A stretch of 64,000 bases of DNA from Gammaproteobacteria bacterium UBA6940 (GTDB lineage Bacteria; Pseudomonadota; Gammaproteobacteria; Pseudomonadales; UBA6940), in assembly GCA_002450655.1 (NCBI GenBank), contig DJZY01000076.1:49594-113593 (forward strand). The letters are read 5' to 3'. The translations under genes and the position numbers were made by a program. The notes under the pieces were generated by a model, which was not told the origin of the DNA, did no database searches, and saw only the letters and a list, made by a program, of their open reading frames with translations. Shown here in pieces: positions 9,855-18,296 of this stretch (position 1 is the stretch's first letter; every line of letters begins with the position of its first letter).

Positions 9855-10480
9855 ATCGATGGCAACAATATAAACTTCATTATCGCTTATTACCAGTGAT
9901 AGCATGCATGTTATTGTTGTTTTTTTACCCGCGAGCAGTGATTGCTGAGGCTTCTTATAGTCGAGAAGTGCTTAGTAGTGCTGCTATGATTAAATCTGCA
10001 TTTTTAATGAAGTTTTGTTTGTATGTTCAATGGCCTTCCGAAAAATTTATTAAACATGATGCATCGTTAGTCATTGGTGTTGCTGGTAACTATAATGATT
10101 TTAAGAATTTAAAATATTTATCTTTTAATAAAAAATTGAGTAATAGAGGTGTGGTTGTAGTACAGGCTACACCTGGTGATAATCTCGATTTAATTCATGT
10201 GCTTTATATACCAGATCATAGCGAATATATGCTATCTCAATTTCAAGAGAAAAGTAACTTAAATGGTGTTTTAGTAGTGACAGATACTCATGAAACATTT
10301 GCCAAAGAGCATGGTATGATTAACTTTGTTGAAGTTGAAGGTAAAATAAAGTTTGATATTAATCAGGCTATGTTAAAGAGTGCAGGGCTAGGAGTGGGGG
10401 CTGAACTGCTAAGTGTGAGTCGAAAAATAATTCTGTCATCGAGAGATAAGCAAAGTATTTTGGACACTTCAGATGAATAA
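9842..10480 (+). CDS. YfiR-like periplasmic protein (DUF4154 family)
   Basis: Signal peptide, then family-typical AFLMKFCLYVQWP, VIGVAG, VLVVTDT and MINFVEVEGKIKFDIN. Its start overlaps the receptor stop by 13 nt. Confidence 0.75.
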   Translation: MVSVDRWQQYKLHYRLLPVIACMLLLFFYPRAVIAEASYSREVLSSAAMIKSAFLMKFCLYVQWPSEKFIKHDASLVIGVAGNYNDFKNLKYLSFNKKLSNRGVVVVQATPGDNLDLIHVLYIPDHSEYMLSQFQEKSNLNGVLVVTDTHETFAKEHGMINFVEVEGKIKFDINQAMLKSAGLGVGAELLSVSRKIILSSRDKQSILDTSDE

Positions 10481-11978
10481 GCATAGTATTCAGTATCAGC
10501 TTAACTCAACAGTAATGACAACTGTTACATTTGCTTTATTGCTATCATCTCTTTGTATGCTTATTTATAGTGTCAATGTCTATTATGATAATAAAGCTGA
10601 AAGTTTAATGTCTCGTTCGCATTTGGTGGCACGAGCTCTTGTGCCCTCTATGCAGTTTGACGATTATCAGTTGGCAGAAAACTATCTTGCTACATTAAAA
10701 GCCGAAGATGATGTGCTGAATGCTTTTATCTTTGATGAAAACTTAAAAGTGTATGCTGTCCTTAATGAAAAAATAGATACAGATTTTAATCCAAATTTAT
10801 TTATAAACACAGGTGTTGTAGTTGATAAAAGTACAATGATTTATATGACACCTGTTATGGATAATGGTGAAGCTACGGGGTACCTTCTTATAAAAGTTGG
10901 GTTTCATTTAACGAGAGCTCTTCGGACCCATCTTTTTATCTATTTTATTGTTTTTATTACATCTTTAATTGCAGCCTATTGGTTTTCACTTAAAGTACAA
11001 AAAAAAATAGTTCAGCCTCTCAACGGCGTTACACAGTTAATGCGTCGAATTGCGATTACAAATGATCTATCTCAGCGCTTTAACTCAGAGGTTAAAGGTG
11101 AAATAGGCTCTCTTGTAAAAGCAATTAATCAACTTTTACAAGAGTTAGAAGAAAAAAGACATGAGCTTGTTGTTGTTAACAAATCGCTTGAATTAGAAGT
11201 AAATGAGCGACGTGAAGCAGAAGTGGCCCTCAAAGCCTCCCAAAAACAGTACCTCGATCTCAATACTCAGTTAGAAGAACGGGTTAAAAACAGAACAAAA
11301 CAGCTTGAAAGTGCGAACCAAGAACTTGAGGCATTTAGCTATTCAGTCTCTCATGATTTAAGAGCACCCCTTAGAGCAATGGACGGTTTTAGCCAAGCGT
11401 TGTTAGAAGATTATGCCGATAGACTTGATGACGAAGGCCAAGATTACCTAAACCGTGTACGAGCTGCAGCTCAGCGAATGGGGGGGCTGATTGATGATAT
11501 GTTAATGCTTTCAAGAGTAAGCAGAACTGATATGAAATTAGAAATGACTAATTTAACCCTCATGGCAACTGATATACTAAAAGAGTTAGAAGAGCAAGAT
11601 CACGAGCGACAAGTAACTTATCATCTACAGCCAAATTTAATGGCTTATTGTGATCAACATTTAATGAAAATAGCTTTAACTAATTTACTGAGTAATGCTT
11701 GGAAATACTCATCATCAAATGAACACGCATTTATAGAGTTTGGTCAAAACTTAGAGCAAACTTTTTTTATAAAAGACAATGGTGTTGGCTTTGATATGAA
11801 GTATGGTCACAAGCTATTTACGGCATTTCAAAGATTACATACAGCACAAGAATTTCCCGGCTCTGGCATAGGCCTTGCAACTGTAAAACGGGTTATGTCA
11901 CGCCATGATGGACAGGTGTGGGCAGAATCGGAAATAGAGAAAGGCTCTATTTTCTATTTTAGCCTTCCGCAAGCATAA
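10473..11978 (+). CDS. sensor histidine kinase (two TM segments, periplasmic loop, HAMP, coiled coil, HisKA, HATPase)
   Basis: H-box FSYSVSHDLRAPLR, N-box LLSNAWKYS, G-boxes DNGVGFD and GSGIGLATV. The ATG overlaps the DUF4154 stop (ATGAATAA). Confidence 0.9.
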   Translation: MNKHSIQYQLNSTVMTTVTFALLLSSLCMLIYSVNVYYDNKAESLMSRSHLVARALVPSMQFDDYQLAENYLATLKAEDDVLNAFIFDENLKVYAVLNEKIDTDFNPNLFINTGVVVDKSTMIYMTPVMDNGEATGYLLIKVGFHLTRALRTHLFIYFIVFITSLIAAYWFSLKVQKKIVQPLNGVTQLMRRIAITNDLSQRFNSEVKGEIGSLVKAINQLLQELEEKRHELVVVNKSLELEVNERREAEVALKASQKQYLDLNTQLEERVKNRTKQLESANQELEAFSYSVSHDLRAPLRAMDGFSQALLEDYADRLDDEGQDYLNRVRAAAQRMGGLIDDMLMLSRVSRTDMKLEMTNLTLMATDILKELEEQDHERQVTYHLQPNLMAYCDQHLMKIALTNLLSNAWKYSSSNEHAFIEFGQNLEQTFFIKDNGVGFDMKYGHKLFTAFQRLHTAQEFPGSGIGLATVKRVMSRHDGQVWAESEIEKGSIFYFSLPQA

Positions 11979-11994
11979 ATTTGAGGAGGCCAGG

Positions 11995-12423
11995 ATGAAT
12001 TCCAGACCTATATTGATTGTTGAAGACAATCCTGATGATCAAAAGCTTGCATTAAGAGCATTTAAAAAGTGTAACCTTAGCAATACAATTATTTTCGCAA
12101 ATGATGGAGTAGAAGCTGGCGAGTACCTTTTTGGCGATGAAAGTAACAAGAAGAAAATAGTGCCGGCAGTCGTGTTACTTGATCTCAACATGCCTCGTAA
12201 AAATGGGCTTGAGTTATTGAAGGATATCCGTGAAAATGATTCAACTCGCTTTTTGCCAGTTGTTGTGATAACCACATCTAAAGAAGAGCAAGATCTCATT
12301 AACAGCTATAGTTTAGGTGTTAATAGTTATGTTAGGAAGCCTGTAGACTTCAATGAATTTCTTGAGGCAGTAAAAAGTCTCGGTTTATATTGGCTGCTTT
12401 TAAATGAGTGTCCGAGCTCTTAA
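11995..12423 (+). CDS. stand-alone CheY-like response regulator receiver
   Basis: ILIVEDNPDD, VLLDLNMP (phospho-Asp), TTS and VRKP. It has no output domain. GAGGAGG SD lies upstream. Confidence 0.9.
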   Translation: MNSRPILIVEDNPDDQKLALRAFKKCNLSNTIIFANDGVEAGEYLFGDESNKKKIVPAVVLLDLNMPRKNGLELLKDIRENDSTRFLPVVVITTSKEEQDLINSYSLGVNSYVRKPVDFNEFLEAVKSLGLYWLLLNECPSS

Positions 12424-12448
12424 GGTTAATGAGCTCTCTATACCTTAA

Positions 12449-14185
12449 ATGGTTGATTGCATGACAAATCCACAAAAGTCACCACTTAATGCACTGATAA
12501 TTGAGGACAACAGCGATGATGTTCTTCTTCTTGTGCATGCTTTAAAAAAAGGTGATTTTGATGTGTCATACACCTTGGTCGAAACGCCCCAAGATCTTGA
12601 AAATATTGCAGAGCAAACCTTTGATATTGTCTATTGTGATTATGCTTTACCAAAGATGGATGGTCTAACAGCTTTAAGTATTGTTCGTAAATATGATGCA
12701 GATGTTCCATTTATTTTTGTATCAGGGACAATTGGTGAAGACTTAGCTGTAAAAGCCATGCGCCAAGGGGCTCAAGACTACATAATGAAGGACAACTTAA
12801 GAAGATTAGTCCCTGCAACTCGGCGTGAAATTAATGATTCTCAAATTCGCCGTCGAAAGCGTGAAGCAGAAGAACATATTCACTTTCTAGCCAAATATGA
12901 TGATCTAACAAGGTTACCTAACCGAGTTCATTTTGTTGAGCTGCTCCAGGATGTGCTTGATCAGTCTGGTAGTCAAATGGTGCCAGTCTTACATATTGAT
13001 TTAGACCGTTTTAGAAATATCAATGATTGTATTGGTTACGATGCAGGTAATAGCGTTCTGAAAAAAATTGCAGATCGATTAAGCCTTTATGTTGGTGATC
13101 GAGGTAAGGTATCTCGCCTAGCGAGTGACGAGTTTGCTGTATTTTTTAATAAAGTAGAATCTCATGCACAAATAGTTGATATTGCAAGAAGTATTCTATG
13201 TTTAGTGAATATTCCTCTTTGTGTTTATAACCTTGATTTATTCTTTTCATCAAGTATTGGTATGGCTGTGTACCCTGAACACAGCGATGATGCTGCCACT
13301 TTATTAAGTTATGCCGATGTTGCTACTTATCGCTTAAAAGATGAGGGCGGCAATAATATGAAATTCTATGATTCTGAAATGTCTTTTAGGCAAGCAAACC
13401 GGCTTGTTCTTGAAAGAAACATGCGTGCAGCATTATCAAATCAAGAATTTTATTTGAGCTATCAGCCACAATTAGATTTAAACACACAAGAAATTGTCGG
13501 TGTTGAAACCCTCATTCGTTGGAATCACCCTCAAAAAGGGATTATTAGTCCGGATGATTTTATTCCTCTTGCTGAAGAAACAGGCTTTGTTTTAGCCTTG
13601 GGTGAATGGGTTATTGATGCTGCATTCAGGCAAGCAAAGCTATGGGAAAATAGCTTTGAAAGACCATTAAAAATGGCGGTGAATGTATCTGGTCGACAGT
13701 TTTTAAATTCAGATTTACCAAGGCTAATTCAGTCACATTTATACAAACATCAAGTGAATCCAAAACATATCTGTATTGAAATTACCGAATCCATTTTTAT
13801 GAGTAATTTCAAACACTCATGTGCTATTGTCGCCAAATTAAAGGCAATGGGGCTTAGTGTTGCACTTGATGACTTTGGTACAGGGTATTCAAGCCTTGCC
13901 TATCTGAAAATGCTCGAAGTGGATTATTTAAAGATAGATCAGTCTTTTATCAGACAGCTGCCGGAAAGCATGCAAGATGGGGCAATTGTTGATGCGATTA
14001 TCACTTTAGCTTCAAATTTGAATTTACAAGTGATAGCTGAAGGTGTTGAAACCAAGGCACAACTTGATTTTTTAACGGCCAGAGAAAGCCAGCTTGTTCA
14101 AGGCTTTTTTGTGAGTCAGCCTCTGACTTCTACTGAGTTCGAGAACTATATGAACTCATCTCATCACTCGAACTCAATGGGCTAA
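12449..14185 (+). CDS. response regulator REC-GGDEF(degenerate)-EAL, probable c-di-GMP phosphodiesterase
   Basis: REC (CDYALPKMDG). The GGDEF fold carries ASDEF in place of GGDEF. The EAL domain is intact (ETLIRW, DDFGTGYSSLAYLK, KIDQSFI, EGVET). Confidence 0.9.
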   Translation: MVDCMTNPQKSPLNALIIEDNSDDVLLLVHALKKGDFDVSYTLVETPQDLENIAEQTFDIVYCDYALPKMDGLTALSIVRKYDADVPFIFVSGTIGEDLAVKAMRQGAQDYIMKDNLRRLVPATRREINDSQIRRRKREAEEHIHFLAKYDDLTRLPNRVHFVELLQDVLDQSGSQMVPVLHIDLDRFRNINDCIGYDAGNSVLKKIADRLSLYVGDRGKVSRLASDEFAVFFNKVESHAQIVDIARSILCLVNIPLCVYNLDLFFSSSIGMAVYPEHSDDAATLLSYADVATYRLKDEGGNNMKFYDSEMSFRQANRLVLERNMRAALSNQEFYLSYQPQLDLNTQEIVGVETLIRWNHPQKGIISPDDFIPLAEETGFVLALGEWVIDAAFRQAKLWENSFERPLKMAVNVSGRQFLNSDLPRLIQSHLYKHQVNPKHICIEITESIFMSNFKHSCAIVAKLKAMGLSVALDDFGTGYSSLAYLKMLEVDYLKIDQSFIRQLPESMQDGAIVDAIITLASNLNLQVIAEGVETKAQLDFLTARESQLVQGFFVSQPLTSTEFENYMNSSHHSNSMG

Positions 14186-14449
14186 ACCATTGATAAATTC
14201 GATTTATTAAAATCGATATTCCCCGTATAAATGTTCTTTTCACTTGATATTAGAGTGCGTTTCCTTCAAAATTGAGCCAATTTTTCAAGGCATAAAAGCT
14301 ATTTTACAGCTTCGAAAGCCTTATAAGCCCAATAGTCCTGACTTAATACCAATAACATCAGCCGTATGTTACTTAAATAATGGCTTATCTGTACTTTTGT
14401 TATTTACGAAGGCTAATTAGTTGATTTTAAGGTAAATGAGACAATCAAT

Positions 14450-15115
14450 ATGCAAGAAGTACCAACTCTAAGACAGCAAGATATCATCATGAAGGATGTA
14501 CTTGGCTTCCTTAAAGTGCGCACACCACAAGCTTGGCTCGATCAAGCTGTGAATCACTTGGATATCTTATTGATTGATCATGCACATTGCGAGAAAAAAG
14601 CAGCCTCAACAGCCCTACACCTTATGTTTCGCTATGTCGATCAACCAGAGCTTCTTGAAAAAATGTCACAACTCGCTCGTGAAGAGTTGCTGCATTTTGA
14701 ACAAGTGCTTGGTTTTATGAAAGAGAAGGGTGTTCAATACGATCACATGACGGCATCTCATTATGCACAGAGACTAAGGCAACATGTTCGTAAAGAAGAG
14801 CCAGGTCGTCTTATTGATGTTCTGATTATTGGTGCAATTATCGAAGCTCGCTCCTGTGAGCGTTTTGCATCACTTGCTGATCGTTTTGAGCAAGATGATG
14901 TGCATCCAGACCTTGTTAAGTATTATCGATTCCTTCTGAAATCTGAAAGCAGACACTTTTTGGATTACCTTCAATTAGCACGTGATATTTCAGGCCAAGA
15001 TATTGAAGAGCGAATCGAGTTTTTCTTGAACGAAGAAGTAGTATCAATTCATACAGATGATTCTGAGTTCCGTTTCCACAGTGGTGCATTACCAAATCAG
15101 GTAAGTGCTGCGTAA
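14450..15115 (+). CDS. miaE: tRNA-(ms2io6A37)-hydroxylase MiaE (di-iron)
   Basis: LIDHAHCEKKAAS, EELLHFEQV, IIEARSCERF and SESRHF (paired ExxH ligands). The start could be an internal Met. Confidence 0.8.
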   Translation: MQEVPTLRQQDIIMKDVLGFLKVRTPQAWLDQAVNHLDILLIDHAHCEKKAASTALHLMFRYVDQPELLEKMSQLAREELLHFEQVLGFMKEKGVQYDHMTASHYAQRLRQHVRKEEPGRLIDVLIIGAIIEARSCERFASLADRFEQDDVHPDLVKYYRFLLKSESRHFLDYLQLARDISGQDIEERIEFFLNEEVVSIHTDDSEFRFHSGALPNQVSAA

Positions 15116-15126
15116 GAGGTATCTTC

Positions 15127-15768
15127 ATGAGCCGTTTAAAAATCAAAGAGCGTTTTTACTCACTGCAGGGCGAGACATCCCTGACTGGGTTGCCTACATA
15201 CTTTATTCGACTGACAGGATGTCCATTGCGTTGTACTTATTGTGATAGTGAGTATGCGTTTACTGGTGGTGAGTGGGAACAAGTGGAAGACTTGATCAAA
15301 GATGCAAAAGAGCAGAGTTCAGGTCTTGTTTGTGTGACAGGTGGCGAGCCATTAGCACAGCCTGCCTGTCTAGAATTGCTTGAAGGCCTTTGTAATGCTG
15401 GTCTTACTGTCAGCCTTGAAACTTCAGGTGCATACCCTGTTGCAGGTGTTGACCCGCGTGTTATTAAAATTATCGATTTTAAAACACCAGGCTCTGGTGA
15501 AATGCATCGTAATAAATGGGAAAACCTTGATTTTCTTCAACCACATGACGAAGTGAAGTTTGTACTTAAAGACAGAGCGGATTATGACTGGGCTCGCTTA
15601 CAGCTTGAGTCTATTCAGCCTATATGCTCAACACCAATTTTATTCTCGCCAGTCTATGGTGAGCTTGATCCACGAGACCTTGCTGATTGGATCGTGAAAG
15701 ACAAACTGAATGTTCGCATGCAAATTCAATTGCACAAAATTCTTTGGGGTGATATTCCAGGCGTCTAA
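15127..15768 (+). CDS. queE: 7-carboxy-7-deazaguanine synthase QueE (radical SAM)
   Basis: YSLQGE, CPLRCTYCDS cluster motif, VCVTGGEPL. Confidence 0.9.
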   Translation: MSRLKIKERFYSLQGETSLTGLPTYFIRLTGCPLRCTYCDSEYAFTGGEWEQVEDLIKDAKEQSSGLVCVTGGEPLAQPACLELLEGLCNAGLTVSLETSGAYPVAGVDPRVIKIIDFKTPGSGEMHRNKWENLDFLQPHDEVKFVLKDRADYDWARLQLESIQPICSTPILFSPVYGELDPRDLADWIVKDKLNVRMQIQLHKILWGDIPGV

Positions 15769-15805
15769 CTTGAGCCTGGTTGCGCTCGTTTAAGGGAGTA
15801 ATCAA

Positions 15806-16486
15806 ATGACAACGAAAAAAGCCGTAATTCTTGTATCAGGTGGCTTGGATTCCACAACATGTTTAGCTCTAGCAAAAGAAGAGGGCTATGAGCTTTTTGC
15901 TTTATCTGTGCATTACGGGCAAAAACATGCAGCAGAGCTTAATGCAGCAAAGCGTGTTTGCGAAGAGTTTGGTGTAAAAGAACATAAGCTTGTTTCAGTT
16001 GATATTGGATCAATTGGTAGTTCTTCATTAACAGACCCTCGAATGCAAGTGCCTGAAAAACCAGTTGAAGGCATTCCATCAACTTATGTCCCTGCTCGTA
16101 ATACAATGCTTTTAAGCTTTGCATTAGGTTGGGCGGAAGTACTCAACGCTGAAGCAATTTACGTTGGTGTTAATGCGGTTGATTACTCTGGTTATCCTGA
16201 TTGCCGTCCAGAATACATTGATGCTTTCCAAAAAATGGCAAACCTTGCAACAAAAGCCGGTATCCATGGTACTGGCCCTCAAATTAAAACACCTTTAATC
16301 AGCCTGACTAAGGCGGAAATTCTGCAAGCGGGTATGAAGCTTGGTGTTGATTATTCAAAGACTGTCACATGTTATCAAGCAACTGATGAAGGTTTAGCCT
16401 GTGGTTTATGCGATGCGTGTCGCTTACGCAACCAAGGTTTTAGGGATGCTGGCTTGCCTGATGTAACACGTTATCGTGAACTCTAA
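15806..16486 (+). CDS. queC: 7-cyano-7-deazaguanine synthase QueC
   Basis: [17 protein letters not shown]-loop and C-terminal Zn cysteines (CYQ...[10 protein letters not shown]). Confidence 0.95.
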   Translation: MTTKKAVILVSGGLDSTTCLALAKEEGYELFALSVHYGQKHAAELNAAKRVCEEFGVKEHKLVSVDIGSIGSSSLTDPRMQVPEKPVEGIPSTYVPARNTMLLSFALGWAEVLNAEAIYVGVNAVDYSGYPDCRPEYIDAFQKMANLATKAGIHGTGPQIKTPLISLTKAEILQAGMKLGVDYSKTVTCYQATDEGLACGLCDACRLRNQGFRDAGLPDVTRYREL

Positions 16487-16534
16487 TTCGGCATAGCAAG
16501 ATAAAGAGTTGGAATAAGAGTTTATTCTAAATAT

Positions 16535-16562
16535 AAAAACGGTCCTCAAAAGGACCGTTTTT
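16535..16562. terminator. bidirectional intrinsic terminator between queC and the convergent pentapeptide gene
   Basis: AAAAACGGTCCT-caaa-AGGACCGTTTTT: 12-bp stem, 4-nt loop, with A and T tracts on both sides. Confidence 0.8.
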
Positions 16563-16573
16563 ATATTTAATTG

Positions 16574-16903
16574 TTACTTATTTAGCGCTACATCTTCTGG
16601 CAGAGAAGTGAGTGCAGAAGCACTATCTAAGTTTAAATCACCAGATACTTTTAAGCCTTGTGGTAGATGCTTAAAGCTCACATTTGTAAAATCTGCTCCT
16701 GAAAGGTCAGCTTGGGATAATCTATTGCTATCGCTTGTCAGTTTAATTCCCTTAAAGTTTGCACCAGAAAAATCAACTTTTGGTGCCTCAATATGATCTA
16801 CTGATTCAATTTTACCTATGTTGCCTTGAGACTGCTGTGAAGCAAAATCAACGCCTGAAGAAAAAGCTTGAGATGAATTACTTGTTTGAACTTGCTGAAC
16901 CAT
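16574..16903 (-). CDS. small pentapeptide-repeat protein
   Basis: Repeats of the A(D/N)LxX type: VDFSGANFKGIKLT, ADLSGADFTNVSFK. 109 aa. Confidence 0.65.
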   Translation of the reverse strand: MVQQVQTSNSSQAFSSGVDFASQQSQGNIGKIESVDHIEAPKVDFSGANFKGIKLTSDSNRLSQADLSGADFTNVSFKHLPQGLKVSGDLNLDSASALTSLPEDVALNK

Positions 16904-17015
16904 TATTGATAAGCCTCTTAGGGTTTTAAGTTATAAATATATTTTCATAGCATTTTAGCATTTGGTTTTAGATGAAAACGAAGCGAACTTACAAAAAATA
17001 AAAGGACAATAAAAA

Positions 17016-17561
17016 ATGGCAACAGCTGTTAAACATACTAGAGCATTACTGCCAGTAGAATTACAAGAAGCACAAAAAGTTTTTGGTTCAACAATTGATT
17101 TCTCAAAAGTACAGGTTGCCAATAAACCGTACAGTCTGTTGCAGGGTAGTGGGCATGTCTCTACTGTAAAAGGCATTATGTATTGGCCAAACTCATCCAA
17201 TAAAACCAGCCTTGTTGAAACACCACATGATGCACATGTGTTTATTCATTAAATGGTGCATGTTTTACAATACCAAAGAGGGGTTAATGTAAGACGAGAA
17301 GGATGCATTGCCTTAGCAGCGTTAGCAGCGACTGGTGGTAAAAGAGGCAATCCTCATGAAGTCAAAGTAGGCAAAGCTTGGTGTCGGTATAACGTAGAAG
17401 AGCAGGCAGAACTAGTCGCTGATGCCTACTGTCAAAGATACTCACTTGTTTTAAAAGAACCAATTGAGCCGTTATTTCCAGATGTGGTACATGCGCCAAC
17501 AGCAGGCAACCAAGAAAACCTTAAGCTGCCTCTGAAGCGATGGATTGCAGGTGCTATTTAA
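17016..17561 (+). pseudogene. vgr-related / HExxH zinc-peptidase-like gene interrupted by an in-frame TAA at the catalytic Glu codon
   Basis: Two track ORFs (17016-17252 and 17253-17561) abut in the same frame. The junction reads FIH-TAA-MVHVLQ, that is H(E>stop)xxH. The family-like N-terminus is ELQEAQKVFGSTIDFSKVQV, and NVEEQAELVADAY lies downstream. Confidence 0.7.
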
Positions 17562-17569
17562 AGCTGCGT

Positions 17570-18148
17570 TTATTTTTCGCCTTTTTTCATTTGCATGGTA
17601 ATGCGGCCAACTCGTTGGCCAAGCTGTGCTGCTGTTTCTAAATCACCAAATGGAGGGGTTTCAATCGGATCGCGGTTATCAGATTGTGCCATAGCACCAA
17701 CAAACGAACCTAAACGGTTAATTTTTTCAGGGTGTCCAGCTTCCGTTTCTGGCGACTGATTCAGCTCAGATTGACCAACCCAGATCATGCCGTGTTGCAT
17801 TGCAAATACGACAAGCTGCATAAGTGTGTTTAATTTATCACCACTCATTGAATGAGAATTGGTAAAACCTGCTGCAATTTTATCTTTCCAGTTCTGGTGC
17901 ATCCATACTTTTGAAGATGCATCCATCATGGCTTTAAAAGGCGCGGCGACTGATCCCATGTAGGTTGGGGTGCCAAATATAATGGCATCCATTTCATTTA
18001 ACTGTGTTGGGTCTTTGGCAATTTTCTCTGCGAGCATAAGCTTCGCTGTAACACCGTCAACTTTTTTTAAGCCACGCATCACATGTTGCGCTAGCTTCTC
18101 TGTATGGCCTGAACCACTGTAATAGACCACTGCGATTAAAACTGACAT
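17570..18148 (-). CDS. flavodoxin-fold NAD(P)H:quinone oxidoreductase (WrbA-like)
   Basis: VVYYSGSGHTEKLA, IIFGTPTYMG, and a GFTNSHSMSGDKLNT loop. Confidence 0.8.
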   Translation of the reverse strand: MSVLIAVVYYSGSGHTEKLAQHVMRGLKKVDGVTAKLMLAEKIAKDPTQLNEMDAIIFGTPTYMGSVAAPFKAMMDASSKVWMHQNWKDKIAAGFTNSHSMSGDKLNTLMQLVVFAMQHGMIWVGQSELNQSPETEAGHPEKINRLGSFVGAMAQSDNRDPIETPPFGDLETAAQLGQRVGRITMQMKKGEK

Positions 18149-18221
18149 GGATAATCCTTCTATATTGATCTGGAATTGCTACTTAAGCTTGCTATAAGGC
18201 AAAATAACTTTAATTTATAAT

Positions 18222-18238
18222 AGGCGACGTCCCTAAAG
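18222..18238 (-). promoter_or_regulatory. copy 2 of recurrent 17-nt motif (minus strand: CTTTAGGGACGTCGCCT)
   Basis: Lies 73 nt upstream of the WrbA-like gene start, in the same orientation as that gene. Confidence 0.5.
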
Positions 18239-18260
18239 TTGCTTTGGGTCTTGCCTATTA
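18234..18260 (+). promoter_or_regulatory. possible sigma28 (FliA)-type promoter
   Basis: TAAAGTTG-N11-GCCTATTA compared with the consensus TAAAGTTT-N11-GCCGATAA. It ends 37 nt upstream of ORF 18297. Confidence 0.3.
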
Positions 18261-18296
18261 CACTATGAAGTACATCTTAAGAATTAAGGTTGAATC

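Noticed and set aside
17016-17252. Treating 17016-17252 and 17253-17561 as two independent small genes
   Set aside because: They are in the same frame and separated only by a single TAA. Together they reconstruct one HExxH-type protein, so they are called as one interrupted gene.
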